The translations under genes and the position numbers were made by a program. Under the pieces are notes generated by a model. It had not been told where the DNA came from and made no database searches. It saw only the letters and a list, made by a program, of their open reading frames with translations. Shown here piece by piece: positions 58,472-64,000 of a DNA stretch of 64,000 nucleotides. The stretch comes from Oceanicaulis sp. (GTDB lineage Bacteria > Pseudomonadota > Alphaproteobacteria > Caulobacterales > Maricaulaceae): NCBI GenBank assembly GCA_028280165.1, contig JANQMI010000214.1:132-64131 (forward strand), in the 5' to 3' direction. Each line of letters opens with the position of its first letter. Position 1 is the stretch's first letter.

Positions 58472-59050
58472 TTAAAGCCCTTCGTCGCCCCAGGCGGGCG
58501 GCGGGGTGTCTACAGGGCGGGTTAAATCGAACGCGGCGCGGAAATGCCGGTTCGGCCGGTTTAGCGCGTAGACATAGGCGGTGTCGGTCACGCTGACCGA
58601 CCAGGTATTTTGCATGGAATCGGGAATGCCTTCGCGCTCAAACAGATCTTTTGACGCCTGGTCAGCGGGAAAGTCGAGGGCGGCACCAATCGCTGCGCCG
58701 GTCGTGCGCCCGCCATACCAGGACAGGGCGTCCTGTTCGCCGTCTTCATGGCGGTGATTATGCTTCAGTTCGATCCCGCCATCGCTGGTCCGGGTGAACA
58801 CCCAGACGCGGGAGCGATCCTCACCCACATGGAAAGGCACGCGCACAACGCCCGGCTCGCAGTCGCGCACATGCATGACCAGGCGCTGGCTGGCAAAGGC
58901 CTCATCGCGTGGATCTTCGGAGGTGACGCGGCCTTCAAAGGACTGACCGCACAGCGCGGTCAGCGCTTCGATCAAATCAGGTGAGGCCTCTTCAGCCGGC
59001 GAACAGCTGGCAAGGCCTAAACTGGCGACAGTCAGAATTGCGATACGCAT
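58472..59050 (-). CDS. Hypothetical lipoprotein
   Basis: Lipobox LASC; LCGQSFEG, MHVRDC, FHVGEDRSR, LKHNHRHEDG...YGG pattern; start re-chosen at MRIAIL. Confidence 0.75.
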   Translation of the reverse strand: MRIAILTVASLGLASCSPAEEASPDLIEALTALCGQSFEGRVTSEDPRDEAFASQRLVMHVRDCEPGVVRVPFHVGEDRSRVWVFTRTSDGGIELKHNHRHEDGEQDALSWYGGRTTGAAIGAALDFPADQASKDLFEREGIPDSMQNTWSVSVTDTAYVYALNRPNRHFRAAFDLTRPVDTPPPAWGDEGL

Positions 59051-59134
59051 AAGCCTCCCCAAACCCGAAGTGGGCAAGAGGCTAGCCGATTTGTTTGAAG
59101 ATGAAAGGGGTTACACTATTACAGTGCAAGCCGC

Positions 59135-59650
59135 CTAGACGGTCGCGGCGCGCGCGCGAACCAGTTTCTGAACCTTTTTGACCGCCCGCTCACGCTTCAG
59201 CCGCGACAGATAGTCAATAAAGACGATGCCTTCCAGGTGATCCATCTCATGCTGGATACAGACGGCGAACAGGTCGGTGGCGATCTCCTCGCGCCGTTCG
59301 CCATCATAGTCCAGATACTCAACCTTCACTTCAATCGGACGATCGACATCGTCAAACACGTCTGGCACGGACAAGCAGCCTTCCTGATAAGGCTTGGCAT
59401 CCTCGGTCAGCGGGGTGATCACCGGATTGACGAAGAATTTCGGATCATTGCGATCATCCGACAAATCCATGACGATGACCCGCTTATCGACCCCCACCTG
59501 GATGGCGGCCAGGCCAATGCCATTGGCGTCATACATGGTCTCCACCATGTCATCCATCAGCGCCCGCAACGCATCATCCACCCCCTCAACGGGTTTGGAC
59601 ACCAGCTTCAGGCGCGGGTCGGGAACGGTCAGGATTTCGCGTACAGCCAT
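59135..59650 (-). CDS. def: Peptide deformylase
   Basis: [22 protein letters not shown]. Confidence 0.97.
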   Translation of the reverse strand: MAVREILTVPDPRLKLVSKPVEGVDDALRALMDDMVETMYDANGIGLAAIQVGVDKRVIVMDLSDDRNDPKFFVNPVITPLTEDAKPYQEGCLSVPDVFDDVDRPIEVKVEYLDYDGERREEIATDLFAVCIQHEMDHLEGIVFIDYLSRLKRERAVKKVQKLVRARAATV

Positions 59651-59705
59651 GGCTTTTAGGTAGTCGAGGAGAGCGCAGCGTTCAAGATTGAGGTGTAGGT
59701 GAAGC

Positions 59706-60300
59706 TTATACCCCCTCGAACGCAGGGGCCCAGGGATGGCAGGGCGCAGCGTTTCATGGCTCTAGGTTCCCGCCTGCGTCGGGAAAGAGAGGAGGGTTTG
59801 AGATGGATAGGCGTAAATACCGTGTGGGAGGCGGTGCCGGCGCTCGATGATCTCCACCCCACCCGTCGGCTACGCCGACACCCTCCCCATCGAGGGGAGG
59901 GATGGATGTTCGGCCGAGTGTAGGGTTTGCACCCGTCCCTCCCCCTCGTGGGGAGGGTGAGCCGGAGCTCTGCTCCGGGTCGGGTGGGGGGCTGCGCCCA
60001 CGCTTGCCCTCATGAATCCCAGCTTCCACCGGGAAAGAGATACCAACGCCCTCGTCATCCCCACGAAGGTGGGGACCCAGAGATGGCAGGGCGCAGCGTT
60101 TCAAGGCTCTGGGTTCCCGCCTGCGCGGGAATGACGAAGGAGATGGAGGTTTCAGGCTATCTCCCGTCCCTCCCCTTGATGGGGAGGGTGTCCGCGTGAG
60201 CGGACGGGTGGGGTGGAGATCGTCGAGCGTCGGCGCTGCCCCCCACCCGACCAAGCCTTTCGGCTTGCCCACCCTCCCCACAGAGGGGGAGGGACAGGAG
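59706..60300. repeat. Dense mosaic of palindromic repeats between def and rmuC
   Basis: 84-bp doublets at 59706-59789 and 60053-60136, interleaved with CCCACCCG..CCCTCCCC..GGGGAGGG units in both orientations (about 59855-59900, 59933-59992, 60163-60215, 60240-60295). Confidence 0.88.
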
Positions 60301-60403
60301 ACATACCCGTCGCAGCGCCATGGCACTCGTCCCTCCCCCTTTGTGGGAGGTGTTCAGGGTCCGAATGGTTCCCCCCAGTTCATCCAGGCGAGGACAGAGT
60401 CTT

Positions 60404-61795
60404 CTACTCGGCGGCCTCAGGCCCGCTGACCGCCCTGGGGGTTTCATCCACTTGGGCTGGGGCGTCGAGCGCCTTGGTTTGACCGTTGAGCTCCGCCATT
60501 TTGCGCGCTGACACCAAGACCCGGCCTTCTAAGGAGGCCACGGCCTTGTTGTAATTGCCCGTGGCGGACTTCAAGCCGGAACCCACGCGACCCAGATGGT
60601 CAGCGAACGTACCCAGCCGCTCGTGTAGCTCGGCCCCCAATGCGGCGATTTTTTCCGCATTCTGTTCGAGCTTTTCTTGGCGATAGCCATAGGCCACCGC
60701 TTTGGCGAGCGCGAGCAGGGTCGCCGGCGTGGTGATGATCACATTGGCCTTGATGGCGTCATCAAACAGGCCGGGGTCTTCTTCGATGGCGGCGGAGTAG
60801 AAGCTCTCACCGGGGATGAAGAGGGCGACAAAGTCGATCGCGCCGTCGACCGCGGCGGCATATTCCTTCTTAGCCAGCTGTTTGACATGGGTCTTCACTT
60901 GCTGGGCGTGGCGGCGCAGCGCGTCTCGGCGAGTGGCGTCATCACTGGCCTCCACGGCGTCGAGATAGGCGGTCAATGCCACCTTGGAGTCGATCACAAA
61001 GCGGCCGCCCCCCGGCAGGCGCACGACGAAGTCAGGCCGCAGGGCCGCGCCTTCGCTATCCCGGGTCTGATGCTGAGCGTCGTAATCGATGGTCTTGGTC
61101 AGGCCCGCCAGTTCCAGGATATTCTCCACCGTGCGTTCGCCCCACTGACCGCGGGTCGTGGATTTGCGCTGCAACGCATTGACCAGCTTGGCCGTCTCGC
61201 TTTGCTGGCGGCTCAGGCCCTCAGTCAGCAGGGTGATCTGCTGGGTCAGCTCGCCAGAAGACCGCGCGCGGTCGCGCTGGAGGTGCTCCACTTGGGTCTT
61301 TACCGCCTCAAGATTGGCTTTGATGGGATCGACCAGCGATTTGACCCCACCTTCGGCCAGTTTGGTGTTGTTGGCGAAGGTCTCTTTGGCCTGCTCCATG
61401 AGCTTGGTTGTGGAGGCGTCGAGGGCTTCACCCGCCAGCGCCTTGAAGCGGTCCTGCATGTCCACAGACAGCTTTGTCAGACGCTGACGCTCGGCTTCGA
61501 CGGCCTGCTCGCGTTCGTGCATCTGGGCGGACAGGCGTTCAATCTGCTTGTCAGCTTCGCTGCGCAGGGTGCGCTCGGTCACCAATTCCTGGCGCAGCCC
61601 GTCCAACTGCGCCACTTCGGCGCGGTGCTGGGCCAACTCCAATTCCGTCGACCGCATATCTTCGCGCGCGCTCTCCAATGCCTGATCGGTCGCCGCGGCG
61701 CGCTTCCAGGCATTAAGCGTTATGACGGTGAGCACAGCAATCGCGGCCAATCCGACACCGCCGACGGCCATAAGTGCGATGGTGTTGGGATCCAT
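60404..61795 (-). CDS. rmuC: DNA recombination protein RmuC
   Basis: N-terminal TM helix, coiled coil, RGQWGE, RPDFVVRLPG..VIDSK, FIPGE, TPATLLA; start re-chosen at MDPNT after RBS ggagagg. Confidence 0.92.
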   Translation of the reverse strand: MDPNTIALMAVGGVGLAAIAVLTVITLNAWKRAAATDQALESAREDMRSTELELAQHRAEVAQLDGLRQELVTERTLRSEADKQIERLSAQMHEREQAVEAERQRLTKLSVDMQDRFKALAGEALDASTTKLMEQAKETFANNTKLAEGGVKSLVDPIKANLEAVKTQVEHLQRDRARSSGELTQQITLLTEGLSRQQSETAKLVNALQRKSTTRGQWGERTVENILELAGLTKTIDYDAQHQTRDSEGAALRPDFVVRLPGGGRFVIDSKVALTAYLDAVEASDDATRRDALRRHAQQVKTHVKQLAKKEYAAAVDGAIDFVALFIPGESFYSAAIEEDPGLFDDAIKANVIITTPATLLALAKAVAYGYRQEKLEQNAEKIAALGAELHERLGTFADHLGRVGSGLKSATGNYNKAVASLEGRVLVSARKMAELNGQTKALDAPAQVDETPRAVSGPEAAE

Positions 61796-61897
61796 GATGG
61801 AACCTCTCCCAATCCAGAACGAAACAAGACCATAGCGGATTCGCGTTCGGCGCGCGCCTTGCATCTTCACCTGCGAATGGCAGCCCAGGAGTGCAGA

Positions 61898-63028
61898 ATG
61901 CGCCTGTTTGAAACACCGCTGAACGAGCTTGGAGCCCTGGATCGCACCGCCTGGCGCGAATTGGCGCATCGTGACGGTGAGCTGATCAGCCCCTATCTGC
62001 TGCCTGAATTTGCCGATCTGGTGAATGCGGAGCGCCATGATGTACGCGTCGTGATCGCGGAAGAAAACGGTGCGCCGGTCGGCTATTTTGCCTGTCATCA
62101 AGCGGTGGGCGGTGTCGTGCGCCCCGTGGGGGCACCGCTGTCGGACTATCAGGGATTTGCCGCAAAGCCAGGCTTTGCGATCGAGCCCGAGGCGCTGTTG
62201 GATGTGCTGGGGGCCAGCGCCCTGATTTATGATAACTGGCAGGGTCGAGCGCCCGGCCGGATTCGCGACCGCGCCGGGTCGTCCATATTGGACTTAAGCG
62301 ACGGCGCGGAGCATTGGTTTGCGAAACGGCGCAGCCTGCACCGGTCGCATTTTAAGAAGATGAAGCAGCGAATCCGCAAAGCCGAGCGCGAATTCGGTGA
62401 GATTCGTGTGGTTTTCGGCGACCCGCTGGGTGAGCGCTATGACGCGCTAAAATCCTGGAAGAGCCAGCAATACCGAGATGCCGGCCTGATTGACCTTTTC
62501 GCCGTACCCTGGACCGAAGGGGTGATGGCGCGGGCCTCGGCCCGCTCTTTTGGACCCTTCCGGGGGCTGACGGCCGCGCTCTATCTGGGCAACCGACTGG
62601 CTGCGGTGGAAACCGGGCTTGTCGCGGGGGGGACGTATCACAGCTGGATGCCAGCCTATGATCGGCGCTTTGCCAGCGTCTCGCCCGGGTTGATCCTCCT
62701 GCATGGCATTATCGATGCTGCGGACGAGCTGGGCCTGTCGCGCATTGATCTGGGCAAGGGCGAGCACGCCTATAAGGCCTATTATACCGACTTTGAGATG
62801 CCTCTGGCCTCAGGCCGCGCTCTACGCCCCGGCGTCACTGCGGCCCGCGTGGCGGGCTGGGAGCTTGCTGAACAGGCCGGGGCCATCCTTCCCGGACCGC
62901 TGTCAAAGGCTCCGATCAAATTGCGCCGGCGCTGGGCTCAGACTGCGGCGATTGAACCGGACTATGGAGCGCGTCTGATGCGCTTTGCGGTCGCCTTCGC
63001 CCAGGCCCCGAAGCGGATTGCTGCATAG
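61898..63028 (+). CDS. GNAT family N-acetyltransferase (CelD/BcsL-like)
   Basis: ISPYLLPEFA, GAPLSDYQG, WMPAYD...SPGLILL, IDLGKGEHAYK; RBS aggag. Confidence 0.85.
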   Translation: MRLFETPLNELGALDRTAWRELAHRDGELISPYLLPEFADLVNAERHDVRVVIAEENGAPVGYFACHQAVGGVVRPVGAPLSDYQGFAAKPGFAIEPEALLDVLGASALIYDNWQGRAPGRIRDRAGSSILDLSDGAEHWFAKRRSLHRSHFKKMKQRIRKAEREFGEIRVVFGDPLGERYDALKSWKSQQYRDAGLIDLFAVPWTEGVMARASARSFGPFRGLTAALYLGNRLAAVETGLVAGGTYHSWMPAYDRRFASVSPGLILLHGIIDAADELGLSRIDLGKGEHAYKAYYTDFEMPLASGRALRPGVTAARVAGWELAEQAGAILPGPLSKAPIKLRRRWAQTAAIEPDYGARLMRFAVAFAQAPKRIAA

Positions 63029-63111
63029 CGTCATCACAGAGCTGTCAGTTCCGTTTTGCGTTTGGCGCGCTATGTAGCGCGTCAACCCGCCACGCTTAAC
63101 GGAGACAAGCC

Positions 63112-64000
63112 ATGCTTCGCCTTTGCGCTGCCAGCCTTTTTGCCCTGACGGTCGCTCTTCCGGCCTTTGCTCAGGAAGACTTCATTGAAACCGAGCAGGA
63201 AAGCTTCACCGTCGCCGTGGTGGCAGAGGGGCTGGAATATCCCTGGTCCATTGCCTTTCTGCCGTCTGGCGAAATGCTGGTGAGTGAGCGCGAAGGTCGC
63301 CTACGCGTTGTGACGACCGATGGCGGTCTGCGTGACGCGCCGGTGGCGGGCATTCCCGATGACTTGCTGGTGGAACGCCAGGGCGGCCTGATGGATATCG
63401 CGCTGGCACCCGATTTTGAGACCAGCCGGCATGTTTACTTCACCTATGCCGAAGGCAGCTCAGAGGCCAACCGAACCACGCTGGCGCGCGGCCGGCTGAA
63501 TGAGGCGCTGACAGCTCTGGACGGCGTCGAAGATCTGTTCCGCGTTAATCGGGATACCCCGGCCGGTTTCCATTTCGCAGGCCGGATCCTGTTCAATGAC
63601 GACGGCACGCTCTTTGTCACAATCGGCGATGGCGGACGCACGCTGCAACAGGCTCAAAATGTTGAGAACCATCTCGGCACGGTCGTACGCCTGAACCTGG
63701 ATGGCTCGATTCCGGATGATAATCCGGCGATTGAGGGTGCGGCCGAGGGCATTTACAGCTTTGGTCATCGCAATCCCCAGGGCATTGCGCGCCATCCCGA
63801 AACCGGGACGGTTTGGACCCATGAACACGGCCCACGCGGCGGCGATGAGCTGAACATCATTATGCCGGGGGCGAATTTTGGCTGGCCGACCGTCAGCTAT
63901 GGGATCAATTATTCCGGCACAGTGCTGACTGATGAGCGCGAGCGTGACGAGTTTGTCGGCCCGCTTTGGTATTGGGTGCCCTCAATCGCACCGTCCGGCA
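63112..64000 (+). CDS. PQQ-dependent sugar dehydrogenase (second paralogue), truncated by the window edge
   Basis: Manual translation: signal peptide, GLEYPWSIAFLP, QGGLMD, YSFGHRNPQG, EHGPRGGDELN, NFGWP, WVPSIAPSG. Confidence 0.9.
   Translation, partial: MLRLCAASLFALTVALPAFAQEDFIETEQESFTVAVVAEGLEYPWSIAFLPSGEMLVSEREGRLRVVTTDGGLRDAPVAGIPDDLLVERQGGLMDIALAPDFETSRHVYFTYAEGSSEANRTTLARGRLNEALTALDGVEDLFRVNRDTPAGFHFAGRILFNDDGTLFVTIGDGGRTLQQAQNVENHLGTVVRLNLDGSIPDDNPAIEGAAEGIYSFGHRNPQGIARHPETGTVWTHEHGPRGGDELNIIMPGANFGWPTVSYGINYSGTVLTDERERDEFVGPLWYWVPSIAPSG

Noticed and set aside
11992-60300. CRISPR array or intact IS element among the repeats
   Set aside because: Repeats are palindromic, irregularly spaced and lack unique spacers; no cas gene, transposase, integrase or reverse transcriptase is in the window.
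60677-61897. Apparent 783-aa GNAT fusion
   Set aside because: The first 407 codons are the antisense shadow of rmuC; the real start follows RBS aggag at 61898.

Overview
GC-rich alphaproteobacterial chromosomal window. Maricaulaceae/Hyphomonadaceae is the inferred lineage, based on ctrA-fliI/fliJ linkage, a Xanthomonas-type argF'/argB(A)/argC cluster and TonB-dependent receptors. It holds about 50 genes. The left half is catabolic and cell-envelope: peptidases, amidohydrolases, an esterase-GMC-ALDH-acylase-SDR operon, a diiron oxygenase and two TBDRs. The right half is housekeeping and cell-cycle: fmt, truA, prfA, prmC, fliI, fliJ, ctrA, def, rmuC. No rRNA, tRNA, CRISPR array, integrase or transposase was seen. 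The most interesting signals are mostly non-coding. (1) A palindrome GTGAAC-N3-GTTCAC lies upstream of three separate catabolic units, a candidate undescribed regulon. (2) The 11990-12850 interval is a mosaic of REP doublets, a 119-bp duplication, a predicted structured-RNA-like segment and an isolated 105-bp fragment of sucB. (3) A family of 84-85-bp REP doublets carries either CGTC or CTCT end tags. (4) An orphan KamA-like radical SAM enzyme between fliI and ctrA has altered substrate-binding residues. (5) A low-GC small gene is wedged antisense between fmt and truA. (6) A four-unit Pho box precedes a TBDR-phoD pair. All assignments come from motif recognition by eye; no searches were run, and several start codons were re-chosen from the ORF track using RBS position.
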